64,000 nucleotides of DNA from Lingula anatina (GCA_051362555.1 CM120641.1:1922001-1986000); one strand, 5' to 3'. Shown: positions 37,466 to 50,108, counted from the first letter of the stretch. Notes: generated by a model from the letters alone, not told the origin. Translations and numbers: made by a program.

Positions 37466-37693
37466 CTGGAATGTTAGAAAGGTCATATCTTAAAATAGTT
37501 TTTAATTCTTAAAAGATGAAGATTTTTTTCTATGGCTCTGTGATTGACCAGCATTTTTCAAATCATTAATTGATATCATGTACAAAACATTTAAAAGAGA
37601 TTATTTTGCAGAGCAACTTATGGCCAGATATTAGAAACAAGTTTGATTTCTCAGATCTCATTCTGCAGCTGAAATACCAGTGCTGCCCCCTAC

Positions 37694-37872
37694 CTTTGTG
37701 TCTGTCCTCTCTGTGCTAGTTCCACTGGTGTGAGCCCTTCTCGATTTTTACTCTGCAGCTGGTGTGTCCCGTTCTTTTGTAGCAGCATCCATGACAGGAA
37801 ACCATTGCCGCGCTGAGCCGTGATGTGAAGTGGAGTTGTGCCTTCGCTGTCAGCCTGACGGACGTCACTTCT
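37694..37872 (-). CDS. Ankyrin-DHHC palmitoyltransferase, exon 4 (ANK)
   Basis: RSDVRQADSEGTTPLHITAQRG...EGLTPVELA; phase 0-2. Confidence 0.92.
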
Positions 37873-38084
37873 CTGAAATATAAAAACCACTTTTTTATAA
37901 AAAGAAAAATTTGTAAAGAAGCTGTGTTAGACCTCATTCAGGTTCAAACATAGTACCAGCTGAATCGATTTAACTCGGTGAGCAATGTGTTTATCTGAAC
38001 ACTCCTTAACAGTGGAAAATTATACAGGTTTACATGAGAAAAGATGAAACTCTGCATAGGATACAACAGTACATTGGATAAGAA

Positions 38085-38190
38085 AGTGTGTTAGATGTGA
38101 CAGTGAGTTGGATGCGACAGTGTGTTGGATGTGACAGTGTTAAATGTGACATTGTGTAAGATAGGACAGTGTGTTGGTTATAACAGTGAT
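38085..38190. repeat. Degenerate 17-bp tandem repeat (GTGTGTTRGATGTGACA)
   Basis: About 6 units; related arrays at 51088-51245 and 59927-60308. Confidence 0.7.
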
Positions 38191-38239
38191 AGCACTAATA
38201 GTTGTCTTTAATGTTGAGTGACTTGACCATGACACTTAC

Positions 38240-38372
38240 ATCATGTTTCAGTAGATATTTAACAGCATCGATGTGTTCCCTCTCACAGCAGATGTGGAGC
38301 AGACTTTGTTGGTCTTTGTTCAAGTCCCGGAGAGATAACCCACAGTAGGTAGACAGGTAGTGTATGGTTGGG
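38240..38372 (-). CDS. Ankyrin-DHHC palmitoyltransferase, exon 3 (ANK)
   Basis: PTIHYLSTYCGLSLRDLNKDQQSLLHICCEREHIDAVKYLLKHD; phase 2-0; absent from the ORF track. Confidence 0.9.
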
Positions 38373-38425
38373 CTGTAAGGGGAAACAAGGTAAACAATAG
38401 TATATGAAAAAGTCAGTATGTTTTA

Positions 38426-38588
38426 GGCTCCATTAAGAATAGGGGACTAGCTAGTCCAAGGGTCAAATATGACAACCCACTACAAAGCTTGCCATCTAAT
38501 CCGCTAATAGATATCTTGTGGGGAAGTATTAAAGCGATTGGCCATATTTGACCCTAGGACTAATTAGTTCCCTATTCTGAATGGGGCC
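38426..38588. mobile_element. MITE family A copy (intronic)
   Basis: Same TIRs as 4530-4704, more diverged. Confidence 0.8.
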
Positions 38589-38691
38589 CTACTTATATTT
38601 CTGCTACTTACAAAGACATTATTTTAATAGCAATCTATTCCAAAGACACCACCTTCAGGTCAACTTTAACATTATTTTTCAAAGTTCTTAC

Positions 38692-38938
38692 ACATGTCCA
38701 CCACGTGCTGCATGGTGCAAACACGTTCTCATCTCCGCATCCTTCGCTGTGATGTCACCTCCGCACTGTCTGAGGACATGGACCAGCTTCAGGTCACCGC
38801 ACTGACACGCCAAGTGGACAGGGGTCTCCTCCAGGTCGTTCCGGACATTGGGGTCAGCACCAAACTGGACCATCAAGGTGGCAAAATTGGTCTGGTCGTT
38901 CTTGAGGGCGTGATGGAGGGGAGTGTTGCCGTGTTTGT
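38692..38938 (-). CDS. Ankyrin-DHHC palmitoyltransferase, exon 2 (ANK)
   Basis: DKHGNTPLHHAL...EETPVHLAC...MRTCLHHAARGGH; phase 1-2. Confidence 0.93.
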
Positions 38939-39629
38939 CTAGAAAAAATTCCACCAAGATCAATACAGTGCAGGCTTATATTCAGCAATGTTAGACCATT
39001 TGTGTACAAAATTTTAGTCCATATGAAAAAATATATACATAATAATTACCACCGCGAAGTCTTAATGTCAGGTAAGTCACAGAACAGGCAGAGCTATACA
39101 CATCACATCAACTTAGTAGATGTAATTAACTAGTAACTGTCCAGATCTATTAGCATGCTACTAGTAACTGATCTTTTTAAGGATCTTATAAACAAATTTC
39201 AATCTTTTCTCAACTTTAAATATCATACTTTGCAGAATACTGATAGAGTCTTTTATCACCTGCACAGCCAAAATAGTAATGACCATATATAGTATAAGAG
39301 AAAATTGAAATATCTTTTATGCATTTACGGAAGTCAAAATATTGGTGTACTAGCCTGTGGCCAGTTATTTCAAAAGGGGGTTATTTTTTGGAAAAAGTGG
39401 GCCTTATCATCTCCTAAGTTGATCCAACTTTAGAAATTGCATAGAGCATAGATCAAAGTTTGATTCAGGGTAAATTATTTATCAGGCCACCCATAACTCC
39501 ACTTGTCAAGACTGCCTTGTGTATGCCACTGCCTTGGGTGTGTTGTAGAGAGGTGTTCATTTATATGATGCAAGGCAAGAGTAGAAGCTCTGTTTAAATG
39601 GAACTGAATAGTCACTGCAAGTCATTTAC

Positions 39630-40326
39630 CTTTCTGGTCTATCACTGATGGGTTCTTCATTAACAATTTCATTATTTTCTGTCCTGCAGCCATCTTTTTC
39701 TTCATCTCCTCCTGGCTGCCGTGAGAGGCCGCGCATACTGAGCCTGGCTCTCCACACGTGTGAGCTACAGAGTTCAGACTAGACCTGGCAGCATCCAGGG
39801 CCTCAAATATATCAACCTCCTCTGCAGGATCCGAACTGTCTTGTGCCATCATTTGTGAGAGTAGTGCCATCTGTGGGGGCATCTGCACCTGCATGGCCCC
39901 TGGGACAGGACCACCAGCAGCACCTGTACCACCTTGTGACATAGGACTACCCTGCATCTGAATGCCTTGCATTGGAAAGGTTTGTCCCACTGGCATGCCT
40001 CCCATTTGTCTCACTCCTGCTGGCATTGACATGTTTCCCACTCTTGGCATTGGCATGCCTCCCATTTTCTCCACAGCAGGCATGGGAATGCCTCCTCCCA
40101 TTTGTCCCGGGATGGGGAAACCTCCCATGGCTGGCATGGGTAAACCTCCCATTGGTACCATTCCTGGAATACCCCCCATTCCTGTCTGTCCTATGCCTCC
40201 ACCCCCATGACTGTGCCCTCCTGGTAACAGTCCCTGGGGTATCCCTGCCATCCCCTGGGGAAATACTCCACCCCCATGACTGTGGTTACACTGGCCACCG
40301 CCATGACTGTGTCCATGTGATGCCAT
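39630..40326 (-). CDS. Ankyrin-DHHC palmitoyltransferase, coding exon 1 (His/Gly/Met/Pro-rich N-terminus)
   Basis: GCAATGG start just after a CTCCAG acceptor; MASHGHSHGGG...LLMKNPSVIDQK; donor G|GTAAAT, phase 1, in frame with exon 2. Confidence 0.85.
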
Positions 40327-40412
40327 TGCTCTGGAGAATAACAAGACCAAATGATTAATTTGTGTCTTATCCATCACTGAATTATCTTAATCTGAGTAAA
40401 TGACCCCCACCC

Positions 40413-40452
<40 letters not shown>

Positions 40453-40601
40453 GCTTTTTTTCACAAATCAAGTGCAAGCGTTTATTATAATTATGCATTC
40501 ATTGGAATGCTTTCCCTTTAAAAATATAATCAACAGTTACTAAACATGCAGTTCGACATGTGTGGACTAAAAACATATTCGCAAATGCTCAGAATGCTTA
40601 C

Positions 40602-41062
40602 CACAATGACACGGTTTAGACTGCAACTCGGTGAGACTTCCTCTTCAGTTCTCAGTTTCCATGTGTGTACAACAACCTACCTAGGTCTAATGAAAGGGAG
40701 AATCTGATTAGTCAAAATTTCTTGCCTTCCACAGGGATAAATGTACTTTGAATATTATTTTTATTTTTTGGAAAATATATATGCTTTAAAACCTTAATAT
40801 TACATTATATTTTATATATAAATGCATATTTTAATATATAATTAATGTTATAAAGGAAAAAAATAGAAACCTTTTGAAAATAAACTTTAAATCCCTGTGG
40901 TTTAGACAGTGCTCTAATCAGGCCAATCGGAACCAGTGTTACCCGATGACTCACAAGCCTCGCTTTCACTTGGCCTAATTTCCGCCAGTCTGTGTTAGAC
41001 GGGCCGCGAAATTCTTAAAAATTTATCTAGCTTCGTCCGGATATTTATCATGTTTTCAGATG
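40602..41062. promoter_or_regulatory. Putative bidirectional promoter and non-coding first exons of the DHHC gene (-) and RAPGEF (+)
   Basis: Minus-strand donor G|GTAAGC at 40602, plus-strand donor G|GTATGT at 41062, CCAAT 40923, TGACTCA 40947, a local CpG cluster, and the strand skew flips here. Confidence 0.5.
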
Positions 41063-42764
41063 GTATGTATAGTTCAGAACATATAAACATATTTTAAATA
41101 TGTGTTATATGTATTTTATAATTTATGCAGGCTTTAGGTTGGGAAAGTGGCAAAAAAACCGTCGGTAAAAGTGGGCTGTTATGAATGTTATGAAAATTTC
41201 AGGAGTAAACTCGAGTAAACTGAAATTATTTACAGCTCTGCTGTAGAGGAATTCGGAATGTATTTATTTACTTAAAGGCAGGAATTGTGGCCTTTTTTCT
41301 ACAGTTAATGCTTGTATAAAGCATTTTTAATATATACAGCTGTAAATGATCAAATAGATTGGGGAAATGAGTGAAACTAAAAAAGTTAATCTAAAACATT
41401 TAACATTGTGGTTTGATTAGTCATGAACTGTGGCAATTAGATTAATTGCCAGTCATACAAATTAGCCTAATTAATGTAGTTACTGGCTTGATACTATGTT
41501 TAATGTCTGTTAATTGTAATAATTATGAGCAATTAAACAGTCATTTAAAATGCTCCATCTCATAATGCTGCAGATCCAACATAGCAACATATCCCAAAGT
41601 GGTTATGATTTGGGTCTCCAAGTTCTTACTGCAAAATTTGTGTTTTAAAATAGTCAGGTTCATCATTACTAGTATGGATTTTTTCCTTCATGATACCAGT
41701 AAAATTATTTATAGTTAACCTAATCAGAGATTCCATATTTTGGTAGAAGAAATACTTAATTGTATGAAAATTATAACCTTATAATGGGTTTGCTACCTCA
41801 GCTGACTGTTATTCCCACTGGCTAGCTGCATACTTTTGTCAAGAATTTTAAGCATGCAAACAGAAGACTATCCAAGTACTAAGTTTTTCTTGAAGTCCTA
41901 ACAAACAAAAATAGATCATAATTTGTTTTTGCAACTAATGATTGGTTTGTGAAAACTTAGTTATAAGGCTTGAACAGAAACTACAGCGGTCCTAGATAGT
42001 AATAAAAGAACTTGTACTACTACTACACGCCAAGTTGCATGCTCTAGTAATGGAAGTACACACATTTGCCCGTAGGTCATAGGGCAGGTTGAGCATGAAT
42101 AACCTGATTTTTTTTTATAGCCATTGTGTGGTAGAGTGAAATGACACTTGTAGTAGTACAGTTAGTATTGGGAAGGAGGACAGGTAACTTGATGTCTTTG
42201 TTACCTGACATGTCAAAGTGGGTGTCACTGTATTTATAGACTGACACTTATGGGGTTGGTGATTTTGGGGTGGGTTAATAGAAATTTTAATACCCAGTTG
42301 GGTTCTTCTGAAGAAAGTCTTTGTTTTTTTTTAGTCCTTCCTGATGCCAAGAGATTTTAAAAGAGAAAATTAGCAAAAAATAGCACAAGATTTGTGAAGA
42401 ACAGTTTTGGTGTCAGAGGAAGTAAGGTGGATGTTTTTTGTCAGATGCAGTGCCCTGTTACTTTAAAATATGACTATTTACCATTTATATGTATTATTTA
42501 TTTAGCTGTTGTATTGAATAACTCATCTGAGGAAGATACAAGTTTCAGACGATTGACTATTTCAAATTGTTTCTAATCATTTAAGCTTAGAAGGAAGTCA
42601 TAATTTACCAGTATCAAGTGATAAGCCCTTAAAAATTGATTCTATTCTATTAGTGCTGATGGAAAAGTTAAAATGTGAATGGCATTTCCATTATATATAA
42701 AGAAGCACACTTTGTTGATCTATTAACTTCACACATAAATATGGATCAGGCATATCATATCTAT

Positions 42765-43316
42765 TACCCCGTTCACACTACGCTCAGTTATCCGGATAAG
42801 TTGCGAATTAGGTCACAATTCGAATAAATGCAGTAGTGTGAACGCAAGAGGATTTTGAAAATGCGCATTTTCAAAATCCTGCAAGCGAGGTGGATTTCTA
42901 AGCGCGATCGGATAACTTACCGGAATCGACACCTGTACAGATCTTACTGCCCATGTGTGCAGATAAGTGCGGGTATCTTTGAGCGCTGGTTTATTACTTT
43001 AGCGATTGCACCAAACGTATTTGGCGGTCACCACTCACTACAACATGAGGAAACAAACTTATTTTGCCACCTTATACTTCTCAAGAATGCTGGAATGTCT
43101 TTTGAGTTGCATTTGTCGTCACAAATTTTTGTTGATATTTTAAGATTTCCTGTGCGGCGCATGCGCGAGTGTTCAAAACATGAAGTTTAACTTGAAATTT
43201 TCAACGTGGGATTCGGATTCGCTTAGCGAGTGTGAACGCAATACCGAATCGGATTCCTTACGAAAAATCCGAATTATAGAAATGCGCATTTTGGCAACTG
43301 TAGTGTGAACGGGGTA
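42765..43316. mobile_element. PIF/Harbinger-like non-autonomous element
   Basis: TIRs TACCCCGTTCACACTAC / GTAGTGTGAACGGGGTA, 3-bp TSD TAT, CpG-rich relative to the host intron. Confidence 0.8.
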
Positions 43317-43769
43317 TATGATTTTCAATTAAGCATTTCTTTGGTTTATTGCCAGTTCCTGGTGTTAGTGTATTTGGAACATGAAATAGTAATTTTCTTG
43401 GTAAATCGCATTTGATAGATCACAGCCACACACAGTTACTCATCTTTTAAATGGATGATGGCAAATGATGATGAATGTGTGCTTTATGTAGGTATCATTT
43501 ATATCCTTATTGAGTTTATTGTTGTAATGATTTCGCACAGAATGAAATTGTGAGAATTTTGTTTTTTCACTTCCTGTATTGAGTTTTATTCATATATAAT
43601 TTTGGGTGAGAGTCACCAGTTCAATATTATACTTGAAGATGTCGCGTGAGTAGTGCCCTGTTTTTATTTGGTTTGCTTACAGAAGTCGAGGGCTGAAAGG
43701 TCAAGCTCCAATCAGTGAGTACACTGTTAAGTCGAAGCTGTCAGCAGCACAATGTAATCTAATTAATTA

Positions 43770-44318
43770 CAGGCCTAACCAACTACCAGACTCGGCACCT
43801 AAGGATCCTGAATTAACCGGTATATCGGACCACACTACCCGTTTTCAAGGTGTGTGTCAGATCGCATTTCGGAGTATCAGTCAGAACACCGACAGGATGA
43901 GCCCACGCTCGGCTGTCACCTTGATTGGATAGTAAACGATTGTCGTATTTAATCGCTATATGATTTTAAAACCGGGTGCATTAATTTGAAAGCCACCTAG
44001 ATGAACCTTAGACTGCCACATTAATCTAATACAATGCAAAATAGCCCTATCAAAAGTGGTTAAAACATTCAAACCGAATGTCGTAAAGTCCCCATATACC
44101 CCCATAGAGACAATGAAATAGAGTACTCTAAAGTAAGAGTACTGTTTCAGGTTGTTCAGTCGAGCGTGGATGAGCTCGCAGTCGTCCTACAAAATTTGTT
44201 CTGGGGTATGATACTCCGAAATACGATCTGAAACACACCTTGAAAACGGGTAGTGTGGTCCGATATACCGGTTAATTCAGGATCCTTAGGTGCCGAGTCT
44301 GGTAGTTGGGTAGGCCTG
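43770..44318. mobile_element. MITE with 110-bp TIRs
   Basis: CAGGCCTAACCAACTACCAGACTCGG...GGAGTATCA (43770-43879) is inverted at 44209-44318; flanked by AATTA/AATTA; interior homologous to about 31477-31610. Confidence 0.85.
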
Positions 44319-45319
44319 AATTACCCACTCATTAACTTAATTCTGTTGACGGCCACTGATAAGGCTGTTTGAGCAGTAATTGTTAACGTATAACCTCTGC
44401 CAGTGTCGTAATCTTGTTTTTATGGAAACGTGTGCCTTGCTTCATAGTCACTGATGAGACTTTTCCTACTTTTGTCGCAATTCTTACTTTTTCAGGGTCA
44501 TTTGGGTAATTCTTGTGAATCGTGAACCCTGGACCCCTGGCCACGTTTCTTACTTTTTCAGTAAGGACTGGTCTCATCCTTGCATAGTGTGTGTTCACTT
44601 AAAAAATCATCTTTTTAAGTACCGCTTACAGTTGATTCATTGTATGACGTAATTTCATTGTTTAACTTAAAAGAATGTACCGCAGGCAATTGAAATTTGA
44701 CTCAATGGTGGTTTTTTTTGTTGAAGTTGATCCTTTCTTTTCTTTATTTATAACACTCTAAAAACATTTACTCTGCAGCTGAAGTGCTGATTTACTTTGC
44801 TATTGTTTCTGTGTTAAGAGGTCCCGAGAGCAGAATGAATTGTGTACCCCTTAAAGAATAAAAAGACTAAAACAAATCAACATAGCAGTGATCCATTGAA
44901 TTGCTTTATTTTTGAAAGTAGGCTGCATTAAATGTATTGTAGGTAATTTTTCAAATGGAAAAAGTTAGCCTTCAAGATATATTTATATCTTTGAAAAAAA
45001 AGTGAGTTTTTTGCATAATGTACAAGTTTATCCTGGTGATGTTTCCCCCAGCTGGGTGAAATACCACGACACCCGTGATAATGTGTCTGGGCCAACGGAC
45101 GTGTGTTAAGTTGAATGTTTTATGAAAAAAGTGTTTGGACACCTGTTGATCCACTAAGGTATTGCCTTGATGAATCATACCATTGAGTTAATGGAGCTCT
45201 TTTGAGTAAGTCACAGACTCCTGGATGAAAGGGGTTTAGAAAATCCAAAATCTAAATTTTTGGGGCATTTAAAGCACAATTTGTCAAGCCTGAGGTTTTC
45301 TTGAATTTTTCAGTTGTAA

Positions 45320-45362
45320 ATCATCATCATTGCTCTTCGTCCCGCGTGGGACATAAGGCCAC
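45320..45362 (-). mobile_element. Very short 3' end of an RTE-like LINE/SINE
   Basis: (CAT)n tail plus CTCTTCGTCCCGCGTGGGACATAAGGCC, flanked by the direct repeat CAGTTGTAA. Confidence 0.45.
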
Positions 45363-46356
45363 AATTAGAACCACTCAGTTGTAATTAGAACCACTTATCT
45401 TTTTCGTGAACAATTTTATCTAGTTGTTAATCTTTATTTTGATGTCAGAATAGCTTTTATTTGAAAATAATCAAAATTTTACTTTATATTCCAGGAAATG
45501 CACACAGTGGGCACCTAGAACACTGACCCATGGTTGTATGCTATAAGATTAGAGTCCAGTTCATTGGCATGTCAGTGTCAATCTTCCCCAAACCAAAACA
45601 TTACTGACAGGTGTCAATCATTCTGTGACCTATCTTCACCCTGTTGATTGACTGTCCAGCGTCCTGCTGTTACTTGGAGCGGCAGATGTCTTTGTAAAAA
45701 CACTACAACACGGTGATAACATGACAGCAGGTATGGTGGGTATGCAGGACAGCTACACTGGGATTCTCCATAGAAATTTTACTGTATAGCCCACCATTCC
45801 TATACCTGGATACTGATAAAAACAAAACTTGGATGACATGTGGTCAAGAAATGTCTCTGATGGTCAGTGATCTGTGTTCAAGTGATCTGTTGACCCTGCA
45901 TATTGCATAGCAACCAAGATCTGAATAGAACTGAGGAAGATCACAGACTCTCCAAGACTGGAAGTATTGATTGTGATGCCTTATCTGAGGATTCTTGATA
46001 GACACTAATCTATAAAGCTGCTGATATGACAAACAACAACAATAACTGTGCTCACTAAGCCGAAGATTTATGATAAAACCTGCCTAGGATCTTGGCATAT
46101 TGAACGTCTTTTGCCAACTGGTGTTTAAGCAGTATTTTCAAAGACATTGTGGTAAAGAGAATTCCTATATCAACTAGGTGAAATAACTGTCTGTCAGCCT
46201 CCGACTTTTTTCAAAAATGTTCTTATGTCAGGAAAATGGATAAAATTTTCAAGAAACAGTGCTAGCCAGTGAGAGGAAGATTGCAGTATTGATATTTATG
46301 TGATTAGTAGATAGGATTGAGTTTCTACTGAAGTCTTCCACAGGTTAACTGTCAGT

Positions 46357-46425
46357 ATGGCGAGGGCAAGTGAGAGACACTTCCTACATTGTCTGAAAAA
46401 ACATATTCCACAGAGAACTGCAGAT
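46357..46425 (+). CDS. RAPGEF2: Rap guanine nucleotide exchange factor 2/6 (PDZ-GEF), coding exon 1
   Basis: MARASERHFLHCLKKHIPQRTAD|GTAAGT, resembling the RAPGEF2/6 N-terminus (..KxPPERTxxD); 69 bp, phase 0. Confidence 0.8.
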
Positions 46426-47285
46426 GTAAGTATAAAGTTTTTTTTATCGGAATACATCACAACAAACATGCTTTTTACTAAATATACTCTGTAAAATCTA
46501 TCATCCTATTTTCATCATCATCATCTTTTTCATAAGTTTGCAAATGTAGACTTTTTCCATGCCTCCACCCTTCAGGGAGTACAAAGTGAAAAGCTTAAAA
46601 TAATGACCTTTGACACCAATTTAAATCAATATTTTTATTATTTGTTTAAAAGTATTCTAGTACAGAAAGCATTACCCCCCCCCCCCCCCCTCCTCCCAGT
46701 GTACAGTTTGTAGTCTTGTGAATATTATGGTAAAAGTGGATGACCCCTAAGTGCAGTATGAAATTAAAAGTGCTTTCACACACAAGTTGAATACTGTGAT
46801 AGTAATCGCATAGATGCATATAGTACATCACTCTATGATAACTGAGCATTCAGGTCCATTGTCTTCTACAGCATTGAATAGGTGTATTCAGGGGGGGGGG
46901 GGGGGGTGAGGAGGGGGGTAGCAACTGACCTCAGTGACCTGTCCCAAGTTTCATTTTGACTGAAGATATCCTTGTTTTCCTACATAACCCTATAAATGCC
47001 AAATCTGAAAGGGGAAATCACTGTTATTTAAACCAGAAATGGATGTGTAGACAATTTACCTTGTTAGGAACCTAGAGTATTTTGTAAAATGGTGGTTGAT
47101 AGACAAACATACAAACACCATTGCCCCTCAATCCTGATTCTTGTTGAAATGATCCTGGGTGTTTATAAGTGGCATAGATAGTATTTGGGTAACATTTCCA
47201 GTCAAGTTTAATGTGGTAGCTTAATGTAAGATAGACTAATACATCAGACCATGTGATTACAACTTGGTATCATAGGAAGCCTTGT

Positions 47286-47467
47286 CTGGGGTAGCACTAA
47301 TACTAGCCGGTTTAGCCAAATGCTATAACTGACTTCGTTTGGCTAAACAAAAAAGGGTTGAATTGACTTGTTTTAGTCAAATTTAAACCATTTTGCAAAA
47401 AAAAAAAAAAAAATTAATGAAAACTTGTGATTTGGCTGAGTGGAAAAATTTGCTAGTGCTACCCCAG
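47286..47467. mobile_element. MITE family C
   Basis: TIRs CTGGGGTAGCACTA / TAGTGCTACCCCAG; second copy at 28354. Confidence 0.75.
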
Positions 47468-48493
47468 CTTTGTAACCCTTCCCCCCCCCTCCACTTCACC
47501 ACTGATATTTAGGGGAATGGTGTTCCCTTCTTTTGGTTCTTTGTGGTCAGACATTTTTATCACAATGAGAAAATATGCACCAAGTGAAACCCACCACTTG
47601 ATTAAGGATATTGTTTTAGTTTATATCCCATCTGAATGTAGCTTATCTTTCTCTGCTTTATCTTGTATATGGAACCCTTGGCAGATAATGCATTTTTAAT
47701 CTTTTAATGGTATAAACATGAAGAACATGGTGACTACATTAAAAACCCACAAAGCTTTTAAGGTATATTTTAAGGGTTAGGTCAACACAAGTGGAGTGTA
47801 ATTAGATGATTAATGTCTTTAATGGAGTCCTTTTTCTTCCTCTGAAATACCAACATCATGACATTTTCTAGTGTTTCTTTTGGCATATGCTATTTACATA
47901 CAGATTTTCTTGTGTGTATGGAGATAGTTGTTATTTTGACTCAAAAGGTTGCCCTTTTTTTTCACCAGTAGGTGCTGCTAGTATAAAGTTTCATTTGATA
48001 ATTAAAGTAACTCTTGAAAACAATTAAAATTTTTTAAATGAGAATTTTTTGTCGTTTGATCATTACCATGAAGCCACACTTATATGCAACACCTAATGAT
48101 AAATTTTACTTAGTCATGAGGGAAATTATCTAAGATAGGCTGAAATAAGTTATAAATATTTAATTTGTTTTTAGTGCTAATAAGGGATCATTACATCTTA
48201 AAGTACAACAAAAAATAGCAATCTCTAGTTTTTCTTTTTTTATAACACTGCACACAACACTGTGGTTTCAGTTTCATCACACTTTCAGTGGAATAAGAAT
48301 TTTTCAGCATGAGAAGATCCTTGTGGCCTGAAAAACAAGTGGTGTTAGTACTATAATCAAGTAGCAGTTGAAGTGTGATATCAATCTGATTATTCCACAG
48401 GGGCGGAATATGTGGCCCATTAGCTGGGTCAGCTCAGCTTGAGAGCAGCAGTTTATTTCATCTCTCTCTCTTTCCTCTCTCTCTCTCTCACTT

Positions 48494-48710
48494 AGGGCAC
48501 ATTCCCATAGATTTTAGATCGATCTATCCCCGTGGGGAGTCTCACTAGTTTACTGTCAGATAATCTGGCTTAAATGTCCGTCCTGCCTACTACAAGCTGT
48601 AAGGGGGTAATAAATATTTGTGTCTGCTCGGCTGACAGCTATTTAGCCAGAACCCCCAGGGAGTTAGGTCGATCTAGTTGGATCGATCTTATCTCTGGGA
48701 ATGGGGTCTT
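48494..48710. mobile_element. MITE family B copy, diverged
   Basis: CATTCCCATAGATTTTAGATCGATCTATCCCCGTGGGGAGTCTCACTA ... TCTCTGGGAATG. Confidence 0.6.
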
Positions 48711-50059
48711 ACACACCCCCACCTACCCACACACACACACACACACACGCGCGCGCGGCTTGCAGTGCCTTTTATAACTGCAGTAACTGCTTCATTAATT
48801 AAGCAATCCCACATTCCTTCCCAGACTATATCACATTATATAATCACACATAAGGGGCTCCTAATAAGCTTTCATTCAGTGTATATCTTGTGAAGTCTGT
48901 GGGAGTCAATCATTATACAGTCTAGACAATGGCCAGTATTGATATCTCTAGGCTTGGCAGAGGGGGATTGATCTACAATGGATCTGTTCCAACTGACCAA
49001 GATCCTGTTTCAAGTCACTGGTCATCATAAGTTTATGGGGACTGCTTGTGTGGTGTAGTAACCAAATGCACTGAGTTAAAAACTGGAGTAAACAAAAGGC
49101 CTTTAGATTCTTATTTTTGATGACAGGAAATTTAATCAGAAGGAATCATTGAAAAAGAAAATAACAGCACTTAGCCTTGTTTTACATTTCTGTACTCATC
49201 AGAATGTTTTACTTTGTTTATCAAGTGTTATGGATTATTTTCTGAAACCAAAAGATATTTCATTATTGATTTGGTGAAGAATTTAATCATTTGGTTGAAA
49301 CAAACAGTGTGCTAGAATTACACTAGTCTAAATTGAAAACTGAAAGAAAGCATGGTATGATTCTTGAATTTCCTGGGTTAGACAGTTGTAAGCTGATCTA
49401 CAGATTTCTGTTTTGTTAAAGACATCACAATGACCTGGTGTAAAAGTATGTGTGCATGCATGCGTGTGACTTTTTGTCTTTTTAAAGACTCACATCAAGG
49501 TGCTGTAAAGGCAGGGAGGGAGGAGAAATTTGCCTTTTTCCCTCCACAACTCTTAACGCTGCTAGCATAGTGAATACATCTTGGTAAGGTTGTACTTTGT
49601 GTCAAGAACTGCAATTTGCCTCTTAATTTACTGCCATTTTCTACCATTTGCCCAGCTGTATCCCTTTATTCCGCACCATTGTGTTTAAATTTCACCCAAT
49701 ACCAAACTCAGCCAAGCCACAAACCTCATCAACTGCTTCACTGAGCACTGGGTAGTTGTGTACTTCCAGAAGTGGAGTGAGGGGAGGGGGGGGGGGGGGG
49801 GGGAGAACTACCAAGGTGCGTTCATACCAAGACAAACTTATGACTAAAATAGACGTACTAGTATAGGAATTATTTTTAGTGCAGATTACGTAGGGGTTTT
49901 TATCAATGCCTGTGCCTTTAAATCTCATGTTTAACAGGTTTGGTTAAAAGAAACTGGACGGGCTAATTCTGGTTAGTGTTAGTGTCTTAGAACTGATGTG
50001 AACTTGTTTTAAGGCTGCTTTGTAGATTGGCCCCTAGGAGATTCTGACTGTAAAAGCCC

Positions 50060-50108
<49 letters not shown>

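Noticed and set aside
39962-40358. Plus-strand ORFs of 82 and 128 aa
   Set aside because: Antisense shadows of the low-complexity DHHC exon.
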